The notes below the pieces were generated by a model. That model was not told the origin of the DNA, made no database searches, and saw only the letters and a list, made by a program, of their open reading frames with translations. A program made the position numbers and the translations under genes. Below are positions 36,040 through 48,800 of a DNA stretch of 64,000 nt, one piece after another. Location: contig NC_091472.1 of NCBI RefSeq assembly GCF_036971445.1, forward strand, positions 13,020,001-13,084,000, read 5' to 3'. Position 1 is the stretch's first letter; each line of letters opens with the position of its first letter. Origin of the DNA: Narcine bancroftii (Eukaryota).

Positions 36040-36720
36040 TCATCCCATTATTCATTCCCATCTGGTTCCCTACCCCCACCTGGCTCCTTTTGCCCATAAT
36101 CCCTTCGTCATCTTATTCCATCCATCACCTACCAGCCTCCAACCCTCCCACTTCCCCACCCCAAGTTCAATGTGCCCATCATCTCAGCTCTACCCGTTTC
36201 TGCTCGTCACCGACCAGCCTCCCTCCCAGAATTCCTCCTTCACCTGGTTCCATTATTAGCCCATCATTCTGGCCCCATCTGGTTCCACCCATCACCTATC
36301 AGTCTTCCTCCCTCAACCCTCCCCCAACTTGGTTCCGTTGTCCATCAACCCCTCCCCATCTGCTTCCACCAATCACCGACCAGCCTCCCTCCCACAACCC
36401 CTCCTTCACCAGGTTCTATTTGTCCATCCTCCAGCCCCATCTGCTTCCATCACTCACCTACCAGCCCCATTCCACAACCCTCCCCCACCTGGTTCCATTT
36501 GTCCATCAACCCCACCCCATCTGGTTCCACTAATCACTGATCAGCCACTCTCCCACAACCCTGCCTTCACCAGGTTCCATTTGTCCATCATTCTGACCCC
36601 ATCTGGTTCCACCAATCACTGACCAGCCTCCCTCCCACAATTGTCCCTCACTGGTTTCCATTTGTCCATCATCCCCACCCCATATGCTTCCACCCATCAC
36701 TGACTAGCCTCTCTTCCACC
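36040..36720. repeat. C-rich ~80-bp minisatellite inside a Penelope-like element (35860-36840)
   Basis: About 8 diverged units ccccatctggttccaccaatcaccgaccagcctccctcccacaaccc...ccatttgtccatc; flanked by Penelope-type ends. Confidence 0.8.
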
Positions 36721-37116
36721 AGCTTTTGTATTGCTATACAACTGACAGTCCAGCTGTAGTGTCTCATCCTGAACCATTGATTCCAATGTTTGCCTTAACA
36801 GATGTTGCTTGACCTGCTGAGCTCTTCCAGAATTTTGTTTTATTTTTAGAGGAAGGATATTTCTTTAGTTCCTGAGCAGCAAATACCTCACCCTATTGTT
36901 GATTGCAAGCTTCAAAGGCAGTTTCAAAATCATTGCAGTGTGTTTATATTTCATAGAACAGCACAAGAACAGACCCATCAGCCTACAATGTGTACACTGA
37001 ACATGATGACCAAATTAAACCGAAACTCTGCTGCTTGCATTTTCACAGATCCAGTTTAGAAGCCTCTTAAACACTAGTATATGCTTCCATCAGTACCCCG
37101 GACAGCCCATGCACCA

Positions 37117-38333
37117 ACCACTCTGTGGTTAAAAAAAACTTACACCTTTACAACTACTTTAAATTCTACCACCTCCCCCAAAGACACTGGGAGAAAGGTT
37201 CTGATTGTCTATTTTATGCCTCCAATATTTTCTGCAGGAAGCCTACTACGAGGGACCCTGTCAAATGCCTTACTTGTCCATGGATACAACATCTGCCCAA
37301 TCAACCATCTTTGTCACTTCCTCAAAAAACTTAATTAAATTTGTAAGACGTGACCTGCCCCTCACAAAGCTGAGAGTCCTTAATTTAACCTTTCCAAATG
37401 TACGCAAATCTTTTCCCCAAGTAATTTTTCCATTAGCTTACCTACAATTAACGTGAAGCTCACCAGACTATAACTTCCTTGATTATCCCCATTTCCCTTC
37501 TTAAACAAAGGCACATCGGCTACACTTCAGCCATCCAGAACCTTGCCTTGTTAGTGAGAATACAAGGCCCCTGTAACCTGCTGACTTGCCTTTCTTAATA
37601 GCCTGATATATTATCTGTTAGGAACATCAAAAGATGCAGCATCACCTCCTTCTGGATCTCAAAAGGCCCCAACATGTGTTCTCCAAATTACTTTCATTAT
37701 CCTCCTTGTGCTTCTCCTTGGTGAATACTGATACTAAGTACTTGTTTAATACCTCCCCTGCTTCCTCAGACTCCATGAATAAATTCCCTCCTTTGTCCTT
37801 GAGAACCTTACTCTAGTTCTTCTCTAGATAAAGGATACCAACCTGAAACCTTGACAGACCATTTCACTTCAGGAATGCTACCTGACATGCTGAGTCTTTG
37901 CTCACTCAACTTTATCCCCTCAATCATATCCAACCTTTGCTCACTCATTCCCGGGCACTACAAGTGAACCATTCCACTTCCCTCAAACTCTTTCTTGCAA
38001 TACCTGTATAGTCCTCGAATGCAAGCTTCCTGTTGCAAATTCTTGGTTTATATGGCCTTTTTAATCCCTGCCTAATCTCTTTCCAATCATCCAATGGAAT
38101 TCTATACAGCCAATCTTGGTGATTCAGCTCAGTGTTTCTGCAATTAATCGTGGGTACGAAATATAAACAGCCAAACCTGGGTTTGTATCTATAGTTGCAG
38201 TCCCATCCTGAGCTGTGGTTGTGTACTCATGGAGAAGGGTGTATCTGAAATCTTGCACCCTAACCATGATAATGTCAATAGTTCATTCATTCTACATTCA
38301 AATAACTACTGTAACTGAATCTCACCTCAACTC
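37117..38333. repeat. Local direct duplication, copy B
   Basis: See copy A. Confidence 0.85.
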
Positions 38334-38426
38334 TCAATTCCATGCACATACCAGAACAAACAATCTATGTTATTCAACAAATTTGAAGTTATTTCCAGTG
38401 TTAACTAGAAGGGAATTGCCTCATAC

Positions 38427-38537
38427 CTGGACTCGTCTTCTCCAGCAGGTACCACCTGTACAGCGTCCGCTTCTTGGGGTCACTCATGTCTAGTCCTTGC
38501 TGTAAAAGCCATTGAGAAATGAAGCTTCGACTCATCC
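38427..38537 (-). CDS. HMBOX1: HMBOX1 coding exon (111 nt), HNF1/POU-specific-like domain
   Basis: (G)MSRSFISQWLLQQGLDMSDPKKRTLYRWYLLEKTSP(G); ggttgcag| and G|gtatga; size and phase fit the HMBOX1 structure. Confidence 0.93.
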
Positions 38538-39300
38538 CTGCAACCACACAAAACAGATTCCCCGTCAATCCTCACATGTGCAGCTGCAGGCTTTAATGCT
38601 CTTAACATCAACTCTTATCAGATTAGATCCAGTGACAGGGTCTCAGTTGCCTTCCTACGGCTGATCATTCCTGAGGATACCTGCACTGTGCGAGGCCATG
38701 GGTGGGATAGCCAAGGTCGATCCGGAGCTGCCTCACATTCACATTTTTCCCGGATGGATTTGAAGAAAATGGACAAGGAATAAGAGGCATCAAATTCTTC
38801 ATCTCCTCACCACGTTTGTTGGGACTAACACAGCCACTGAAGCTAATTCAATACATTAAATCTGGAACAGGACAGTTTTATGATCTGGAAGCAACAAGTA
38901 TGATAGGATTTTGGCGTGGTAAAGAGTAAACTTCAAAAATAAAGTTTGTAAGTTTACTTTTACATTTCAAACAATCTTGGTAATGACGATTGTTAGATTC
39001 CTGGCATTGGCTGCCATTGCTTCATGAAACTAATTGTGATTTTTGGAGACCATTATGTTCAGTTTTGGTCATCGTACCATGGAAAGATGTTGTCAAGCTG
39101 GAGATGGTGCAGATTTGAGGATGTTACCAGGACTCCGGGGCCTGAACTGTAGGGAGAGGTTGAGCAGGCTAGGGCTTTATACTTGGAGCACAGGAGGATG
39201 AGGGGTAATCTCATAGAGGTGTACAAATCAAGAGAGGAATAGATGAATTTAGAGATTATTTTGCCGAGAATATGAAAATTGGTAACCAGATGTCCTGGAG

Positions 39301-41721
39301 CAGGATTTTCCAACCAGGGGTGCGAGATAGCATTCCAGGGGGTGCGAGATAATATAAACAAAAAAACTGAAATGTTAAGGGTACTGTCCTAAAGATTCAA
39401 GATAAAAATATTGATTTTTTTTAAAAAGTCCAAATTAAAGATGGGGATGTCCTCTTCTTTCTCTATTCAATAGAATGAAATTCTCTATGAATTTTAGCGC
39501 ATTTCAACGCACTGTTTCTTTTTAAATGGCATCACCCTATAACTTTTTTTTAAATCGGGACATTTAAAATGGGGGCCAAACTTGTTGTTTCGTGATTTTT
39601 AGCAAATTACATTCGATTTTTATTTATTATTATTTATTTGTCTTATGCAAATTATAAATTAACCCTTCATTATGTCAAAGAAAAGGAAATGGAGTTATGA
39701 TTATGTGCAGTTTGGTTTCACTTGCACCGGAACCGAGGATCTGCAAAAACCCCAGTGCATGCTTTGTGACGCTCTCTTTTCAAACGTAAATTTGAAGCCA
39801 TCTAAGTTGCAGGAACACTTCAACAACCGGCACGTTGGAGCAGATGTTGCAGGCCATGATGTTGGATCATTGAATGCTAAAAGGGCCCACTTTGATTCTC
39901 AAGCAACCCTTCCAAAATTAGGTTTTATATCTGCTGGCAAACCACTGCTGATGGCTTCATACCACATGGCGTATAAAGTAGCCAAATCCAAGAAGTCCCA
40001 TACAATTGCAGAAGAGGTGATAAAACCACGTGCATTAGAAATGGCAACAATTGTTCTGGGAAAAGAAGCCTCAAACAAGCTTAAATTAGTGCCGTTATCA
40101 AATAATGTTATTCAGAGCCGAATTGGTGATGAGTTTGGACATTTTGGACCAAGTTATTACAGATATCAGGGCTAGTCCCTTGAAAATCTCTCTCCAATTA
40201 GTCGAAACAACTGTTTTTGCAAATTGCAGTCAACTCATTGCATTAGTGAGGTATGTCCACGATGGTGTCATAATGGAAGATTTCCTGTTCTGTGAAGATC
40301 TGAAAACAACCACAAAAGGAAAAGATGTCTTCCAGTGTGTGAAGGACTTCTTTGCAAAATATGACTTAGATATCCAAATTATTGGTTCTGTGTGTACCGA
40401 CGGTGCCCCTGGTATGCTAGGAAATAAATCAGGATTTTTTGCACTGATGAAACAAGAGATTCCGCACTTGCAAGGTGCCCACTGTTTTTTTCATCAACAT
40501 GCTTTGGCATCAAAAACATTGCCTCCAAAGTCGAAAAAGGTCCGACACTTCTGTGAAGACTGGATTAGGGGTCGTGCTCTGAACCACCGCCTCTTCAAGT
40601 CACTTTGTGAATATTTTGGAAGTGAGCATTCAGTTTTGGTTTTCCACACGGAAGTCCGCTGGTGGTCAAGTGGGAGAGCCTTAACGCGCTTCTTCGAACT
40701 GCGAGAAGAAGTCAAAGCTTTTCTGAAGGAACGTGACTATGAACTGCCCGGAGAAATGGAATCACAAGAATTCAACCAAATGCTAGCCTATTTGAGTGAT
40801 ATTTTCACTCGTATGAATGACCTGAGTGTATCTATTCAAGGGAAAAACATAAACATATTGAAATGCTGCGAAAAGTTAAATACTTTCAAAGAAAAATTAC
40901 ATCTTTGGTGTCGAAGAGTTAAAAGAGGGAATCTTTCAAATTTTCCATCACTCGAAGAAATGGTTGATGACAATGAGTCCCGAATTCCAAGTGTGTGTGA
41001 AGAAATTGTGGATCATTTGGAAATACTATCAAAAGGATATTTTGGAGGAGGAGAACTGGTAACTTCTGAAGAATGGAATATAAATCCATATTCCTTCAAT
41101 TTGGATAATATGTCGGATGAAGAAGAGCTGAAGGAAGATCTTATGGAACTGCGCACAAATCGTGTTCTTGAAATGCAGTTTGAAAGCCAAACTTTGGAAC
41201 AATATTGGTGTTCGGCCATGGACATGTTTCCAAGACTTTGTGAAAAAGCACTAACTGTGCTCATCCCCTTCGCGATGACATACTTAGGCGAGTCTGGATT
41301 TAGGGCCCTTTTGTCAATCAAGACAAAATCTAGAAATTGCTTGGGTGCCCAGGCAGACACGTGGACTGCTATCAGCCACAAAGTGCCACGAAACTCTTAA
41401 GCAATAAACAGGAACAAAAGAGTCATTAAATTTAAATTGGCTTAAGAACATTTGAACATTAGTTCTTCAATTTTTTAAAAGAAATTTCATGCATGATGGA
41501 AATTTAATTTTTTTGTAGGGTTTATGCAACTTTTAATTTGTTGTTATATTTTTTCTTTTCCATAGGTTTCATTTTTGTTTCTATATTATTAAAAATTGAT
41601 TATACAAATTTGTTTTGGTCACCTTCACCTTTATTCTTAAATAAATTATTACTTTAAGGGGTGCAAGAACATATTAAAATTTTTTAGGGGTGCGGGGCAT
41701 AAAAAAGGTTGGGAACCACTG
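39301..41721 (+). mobile_element. Full-length hAT Buster/Charlie-type DNA transposon (inactive), nested in a CR1 fragment
   Basis: TIRs CAGGATTTTCCAACC / GGTTGGGAACCACTG; 8-bp TSD tcctggag (39293-300) / tcctagag (41722-29); CR1 sequence continues on both sides. Confidence 0.93.
39672..41400 (+). pseudogene. Buster-family transposase (ZBED5/ZBED8/SCAND3-like), frameshifted near 40130
   Basis: BED finger (PQCMLC...KPSKLQEHFNNRH), QLVE (normally QLDE), CTDGA, HCFFH, EVRW, YLSDIF, ESGF motifs. Confidence 0.92.
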
Positions 41722-42497
41722 TCCTAGAGGAAGGGGGAGAGATTTAAGGAGGAATGAAAATCACCAGGAAAACATTTTTTTAATATATACAGAGGGTGGC
41801 GGGTGTATGGAATGACCTGCCCGAGGAGGTGGTTGAGGCAGGTACTATAAGAGTGTTAAAGAAAAAAATTGGATTGATACATGGATAGGAAGGGATAAAA
41901 GGCATATGGACCAAATGCAGGCAAGATGGGGTGAAGGGCCTATTTTCATGCTGTGTGACCCCCAAGAACACATTGCCCAAATAAAAGCAAATCTATTCTG
42001 CATCCAACCTGTCTGATTCAAAGTCCTGGCCAACAAGTCACACTAAAAAGAAATTTAATTAAAACCTTCAAAAGTCATTCAGATACAGAGTAAAACGCGA
42101 AAGGATGAAGATCAAAAAGAGATGTGTAAATGGTGTAAAGCCATAATTATAGCTTAATTTGTTCACAGCCTGATTTAAAAAAAAACATTGCATATATCAA
42201 AATAAGCGATAGCTTTAAATAGTGTCCAATTTTTATTCATTTTTAAGATGTTTCTTGCTTTGCTGTATGAGGTGATTGTTCATTATCAGCAAAAATCTTT
42301 CCTACATTCCTACCTGTAACAGATCTTCCCATTTGCTCCTTGCCCAACACCATTCTCACTTCCCCTTTATCTAAATCTTTGAGCTCATTTTGTGTCAACC
42401 ATATTCTGCTGTTCTTGACCTCTGCGGGCTTCTGAACTTTCTGTCCAAAGATAGCAGTGAGAAGAGAGCATGGCCAGGGTGATGGCAGTCTTCGATT

Positions 42498-42517
42498 GGG
42501 GGGGGGGGGGGGGGGGG
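42498..42517 (+). repeat. G20 homopolymer within a Rex1-like remnant
   Basis: Run of 20 G. Confidence 0.9.
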
Positions 42518-43392
42518 ATGGTGGGGATGGCTGCCTTCTTGAAGCAGGGCCTCAGGTCTTCAATTGGCAGGAGATCAGCGCCTATTATTAACTTGGCCAC
42601 CTCTGCCCTGTTTCTGGCCATTTTATTTTTCAACCCAGGCCGTGATGCATGAAAAACTCTTTTCCCTGCATAGATGTTGCCGACTTGTACAATTTCCAAC
42701 ACTTTTAGTACACCGTTCCCATTTTCAGCATTGTTTTTTTTGTCACCCCTAAATGATAGCATCAATTTTAGATAATGAAATGTACATTCATTCATTTTCT
42801 TGGTACTGCATTGCTGTTCCAGTGCAACTCACAGATTCATCCATCAGATCCTATATTTTAATACAAAGAGTTGTTTAAAAGAGACATTTAAAATTTTAAT
42901 CTAAATTACAAGGAAATTACCTCAAGTAGGGTATAGAGCAAACAGGGCAACTGCATTCTTCATATGGGATGGAGACATGCAGCATTGAAACAGGCCCTTG
43001 TCCATGCTGAGCAGATTTTCTAACCAAGCTTGTCCCATTTGCCTGCATTTGGCCCATATTCTATCCACATATCTTTTAATTATACTCATCCCTACAGCTT
43101 CCCCTGCAAGTTCATTCCACATATCCTGAACTGTCTAGGTGAAAAAGTAGCCCTTCAGGTCTATTTGATGTCTTAAATCTGTGCTCTCCAGTTCTGGATT
43201 TCGCTAACCTGTAAAAAGACTGTGTCCATTCATCTTATCTATGTCCTCAAGTTCTTGTATACCAATCTTAAAATCTGTCCATCAGGCATGGGTAATGCAG
43301 TTTTAATCAAACAACATCAATCCTACACACAAGCACACCAAAAAAAAACGCACACACGCACACAAACAGTGCAATGCGAATTAATTTGATAA

Positions 43393-43981
43393 CACTGGAC
43401 AACAAAGATTTTTATTTCCTGAACACTTTTGGGGGCATTTTATGCATTTTGAGCTGCTGATCACGAAAATCACCTTAACATTTTCCTATAAAGCTGTTTT
43501 TTTTAGATATAACCTATTTTTGTGATTTCCTGTCTTTTTTCAAGTCTACTTCAAGCAGACAAAACCATGAAGTGCAACATGTCATTGAAAATTCATTTTC
43601 TGCATTCACACTTGGACGTCTTCCCTGCTGATCTTGGTGCAGTCAGTGACGAAAGTGGTGAAAGGTTTCACCAGGACAATGCAACCACAGAAAAACGGTA
43701 CCAGGGCAACTATTGTTGGACACTGACACGAGAGGCATCAGATGCTGAGTACAAACAAAAATCAGTGGAAGAACATTTATAGGTCTGTTGAACTAACACA
43801 ATGTGTCAACATCATAATGCCATTAAACATGCTAAATTCAATAAAAGTTTATTTAATGTTTCCCCAACTTCCTACAAGATACAGCAAATCTAAAGTTATC
43901 TTTGCGTTCAGTTTGAAGTTGTCTATCATAAACCCCAATTTTTGTTCCGGAAGCAAACCTTTAAAAAAAAATTGTCCAGTG
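43393..43981 (+). mobile_element. Internally deleted Chapaev3 (CMC superfamily) DNA transposon
   Basis: TIRs CACTGGACAA / TTGTCCAGTG; 3-bp TSD TAA on both sides; transposase C-terminus CNMSLKIHFLHSHLDVFPADLGAVSDESGERFHQD (43522-43782). Confidence 0.85.
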
Positions 43982-44479
43982 TAATGAAAAGGATTACATT
44001 ATTAAATTAAGACTGAATGAAATAGAAATAAAGCTACATACATTAAAAACGCTAAACTATAAAGTAAGAATGGGCTTATCACCTCTCACTCATCGTATCT
44101 TTGGTGTATAAAACTAAGCTGAAAGAGATTGTCATAGACAAAATGAGGAAATCTAAATAACAAAACAATTATGAACCCATTAAACCATGGATGGCCCAGG
44201 ACCAAGATACAAAGGAAGGAAAGACGTGCATGGGATGTTAGGTAAGTGTTTCCAGGGCAGGAGCCTCAAGTAAATGGACAACAGAGAATGGCTGTAAATT
44301 AAATGAATGAATGACCAGCATTAGGTTTTGCCAGCCCTAAAAACAAAACAATAAAGATAGAACTATTTAATCAGTAAACAGAGGAAAAACTCAAGAAGCT
44401 TATTTGGAAGAAGTCAATGTGAATCCACTGCAGAGGTCTTCAAAAACTGGTGATCACTGAGCCCCTTCTGTCCAACAGC

Positions 44480-44740
44480 AAAACAATCACACAACACACA
44501 AACATGATGGAGTAAGCCATGTCACATCACATCCATAGATAGTAAAGGGTGAGCAACGTTTTGGGCCTGGGCCTTTCGTCAGGTATAAGCAAAATCAAGC
44601 AGGTGCCTGAATTAAAAGGTCGGTGAAGGGAGGAAGGGATAGGTGGAGGATCACAGGTCTACAGCTAAGAGGTCATTGGTGGAAATAGGTGGGAGAGTAG
44701 AAGTGAATAAGGCTGAGAAGTGATGAGGGAGAGGGTTAAG
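44480..44740 (-). mobile_element. Penelope-like end with hammerhead-like core
   Basis: Minus: cctgacgaaaggcccaggcccaaaacgtt. Confidence 0.55.
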
Positions 44741-45642
44741 TGTATTTAAATTTTAATGCTATTAACCATCTCTTCAATTTACTGCAAATTGGATTTTTTG
44801 TCTCTAAAGAGCATTCTAACCAGAATGACACTCACACTAAGTCTGTTCACTGAACAATAGGAAGTTGAGGCTTTTGATTTACTAAGATTGTTGTCTGAAG
44901 ATGGCGCGTAAAATCCTTTTTTTTAATACTTTATTTAAAATTTAAACCATGATACATAAAATTAATACAAGTTATAAAATAAAACCCCTCTAACCCCACC
45001 TTACTAAGAAAAAACACCTTCCCCATTTATATACCCCTTACCTAAAACAACCCCCAAACTGCCCCCTAACTACTCCTTTAAAGGAAAAAAAGAAAAAGAA
45101 GAAAGGAGATATAAACTATAATGACATAGATAAATATCGTGGATTGAGACATTTCACCACACTAAGGCAGGAGTATTCAAAATTTTAAACCCATATAATC
45201 CAAATAAGGGTTCCAAACTTTCTGATAGAAAAAAATAATCCTGTAAATTATATGTTATTTTTTCCCAATGGTATACAGGATCTTAATTCTGTATGCCATC
45301 GAAATAAATTCAACTCTATATAATTTTTCCAAGTAATCGCAATATATTTTCTCGCAACAGCTAATGCTAATCTCAAGAATACCATTTGAAATATATTTAA
45401 TCTTAATTCCAATCAAATCTTTTTAATATTACTTAACAAAAATATTGATGGTTCCATTGGGAATTTAACTTTAAAAATATTTTGTAAAAATTCCTTAAAC
45501 CACATCCAAGAAACTTTCACTTTTTCACAAGACCATGTTGAATGTAAAAATGTTCCTTTTTCTTTCTGGCATCTAAAACATAAATCCATAGAAAGTAAAT
45601 TATATATCATTAATTTCTTAGGAGTTAAATATAATTGATGTA

Positions 45643-45876
45643 CAGGTACACGATCCTTTATCCGGACTTCTAAATTCTGGAAAGCTCCAAAATCCAGTAA
45701 GTGGGGAGAGAGGCGGCTGGTGCTTGGGGAGGCGGCAGAGGGACTGGCGCTTGAGGGAGGCCCGGCGGTTGTGGGGGATGGCAGCACAATTTGGGTGGGC
45801 TTCCGAAATCTGGAAAAATTCAAAATTCAGAACACACTATCCTCCAAGGGTTCTGGATAAAAGGATCATGTACCTG
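45643..45876. mobile_element. Tc1/mariner-pogo (Tigger-like) MITE inside L1 ORF2
   Basis: TA|CAGGTACACGATCCTTTATCC ... GGATAAAAGGATCATGTACCTG inverted termini. Confidence 0.75.
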
Positions 45877-48800
45877 GGGTAAATCTGGCTTAAGCATTTT
45901 ATTCCACAATAATGCATACATTTCTGATACAAATCTTTTTTTCCTACCACCTGAAATGGAGATTTCAAAACTAGTCTGTCTAGGCTACCTCACAGTATTC
46001 CCAAATTGATCCATTAACAAAGCTCTAACGTGATAATAACAAAAAAAAGAATATTCAATGGTGTTTCATACTTTTCCTTCAATCTTTGAAATGTAATAAC
46101 ATAACCTGTTCATAACAATCCTGTACAAATTTAATTCCTTTATGATCCCATATTTTCAAAAATTGATTATTAACCGTAAAAGGAAAAAGTTTATTCTGAT
46201 ACAAAGGTATCTTCATTGAAACTTTACCACATGTACCTATTTCTTATTTTATTCCATCTTTCCATCAAATGCATTAAAATTGGTGAATTATATTTACGTT
46301 CCAACTTCAAATTCCATTTATATACAAAATTATCCCTCCTATTCTCATCAATTCGATTTAATTCAATATTTGCTCATAGCAATCGAGTTTCCAAATCCAA
46401 CATTCTATTAATAAATTTTAATTGTGCCACTTTATAGCAATTTTGAAAGTTTGGAAGTTGTAAACCTCCTAGATCATACTTCCACGTTAATTTTTGCAAG
46501 GGTACACTTGGCATTTTGTCTTTCCGTTAAAAATTTCCTAACTATAAAATTCAAATCTTTAAAAAAATTATTGAGGAACTTTACTAGGAATGGTCTGTAA
46601 CCTAGGAAAAATATTCATTTTAACACAATTAAATCTACCTATTAATGTTATTGGTAAATCTTTCCATCAATTTAAATAATTCTTAATTTTATAAATAATT
46701 TAGTTCATATAAATGATTAAAATCTTTATCATCTTTAATACCTAAATAATTAATTTGATCTGACCACTGAAATTTAACAATATTCTTACAAGGAGATTAA
46801 TCATCTTCAATTAATGGCACTTATTTCCCCCAATTAATTTTATAACCATATATTACTCCATATTTTTCCAAACTATCATAAATGAATTCTTTTGGTTCTG
46901 TTAAATAAATCAAAACATCATCTGCAAATAAATTAATTTTAAATTAATCAGATTTCACTTTAATACCTTTAATATTACTATCTTGTCTTATTAATTGTGC
47001 CAAAGGTTTAATTATCAATGCAAACAATGCTGGTGACAAAGGGCAACCTCTCCAATATAAACGGTGATGATATTTGCCCATTCATCACAACTCTAGCCAT
47101 CGGCTTTCTATATATTGCCTTAATCCAATTAATAAACATTGGTCCAAATTTAAATGTTTCCAACACTTTAAATAAAAATCCCCACTCCACTCTATCAAAT
47201 GCTTTTTCGGCATCTAATGATAAAACCATTGGTAAATTAAATATCCCCTGCAAAATATTTATCAAACTAATTAACTTTGTAATATTATCATCAGAATAAT
47301 GGTCTTTAATAAATCCAGCCTGATCTATATGAATCAAAGAAGGTAGATACCTTGCCAGTCTATTGGCTAAAACTTTCGTTACAATTTTATAATCAACATT
47401 TAACAAAGATATAGGTCTATAATAAGTTGTTTTCAAAGGATCTCTGACTTTCTTAGGAATAACTGTAATAATAGCTTGAGAAAGATAATGTGGTAAAGAA
47501 TGAGTTTCCATAGCTCCCATAGCTTTCCATAGCCTCAATCAATAAAGGTATCAATAAATCCTGAAATATCTGGTAAAATTCAGCCGCAAACCCATCTTCA
47601 CCTGGGCATTTCCCATTAGCCATTGATTTAAGTGCTTCTATAATCTCCTTTGGAGTAAAAGGGGTCTCCAACTCCTTAATTTCCTTATTAGTTAATGCAG
47701 GCAATCGAAAATCAGATTTAATAAAAACTATCTAGCTTAACTTGATCTTTCTCAGCCTCAGAAGTGTATAATTTTTTATAAAATTCCCTAAATACATCAT
47801 TTCTCTCTTAAGGTTTATACCTAATATCTGAATCTTTTCTAATAGCATTTATCGTTCTTGATACTTGTTCTGATTTCAATTCCCAAGCTAAAACTTTATG
47901 AGCTCTTTCCCAGCTCATAAGTTCTTGGTAATGATTTTTCAAATTTACAAGTCTGTAATGAATTACACTGTAATTTCATCTTAACTAATTGTATCTTTTT
48001 AACCTCTGTTGAATTCTGTTGTAAATCTTTCTCTAAGGATTCTATTTCCCTTTCTAATTTATTTACTTCAGCTAGATGTTGTTTCTTAATTTTAGAAGTA
48101 AAACAAATAATTTGTCCTCTTAAATATGCTTTCAAAGTATCCAATAATATAAATTTAATATTAACAGAATTTACATTAATCTTTAAAAACTGCTGTATTT
48201 GATCCCTCATAAAATTACAAAACATTTTTTTAATAATAAAAAATTAAATCTTGATTGATATGTAGTATCCACTTTTTCTGATCCTGTATATGTTATTAAT
48301 AAAAGAGAATGATCTGACAAGTCCAGTTTTATAGTCAGCAGATACTATCTGACCTTGTAGTTGTGCCGATAACAAAAATAAATCTATTCTAGAATAAGAG
48401 TCATATCAAAATGAATAAAAAGAGAAATCTTTCTCTTTAGGATTTAACTTTCTCCATATATCATTAAAGTTAATACTTTTTTTTGCCATTTTAGTTCGTT
48501 AATGTTTTCAGAAATTTTTCTAACAATGGATCCAAACAACAATTAAAATCACTCCAATCATAACTTTGTCATATGCTTGTGATAAATTAAAAAAAGAATC
48601 TTGTATAAATTTTTCATCATCCACATTAGGTGCATAAATATTTATAAGAGTCCAAGATTCAGAATAAATTTTACAATTTACAATTAAAAGTCTACCAACC
48701 AACTCAATAATAGATTCCAATTTAAACGACAATTTCTTATTTATCAAAATGGCAACTCCTCTTGCTTTAGAATTAAAAGACGAAGCAACAATTTGACCAA

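Noticed and set aside
36090-36622. Pro/His-rich ORFs
   Set aside because: Artefact of the C-rich minisatellite, open in all three frames; not CRISPR-like (no unique spacers)
39672-41400. Domesticated ZBED-type host gene
   Set aside because: TIRs and TSD are retained, there is a frameshift and it is nested in CR1, so it is a dead transposon
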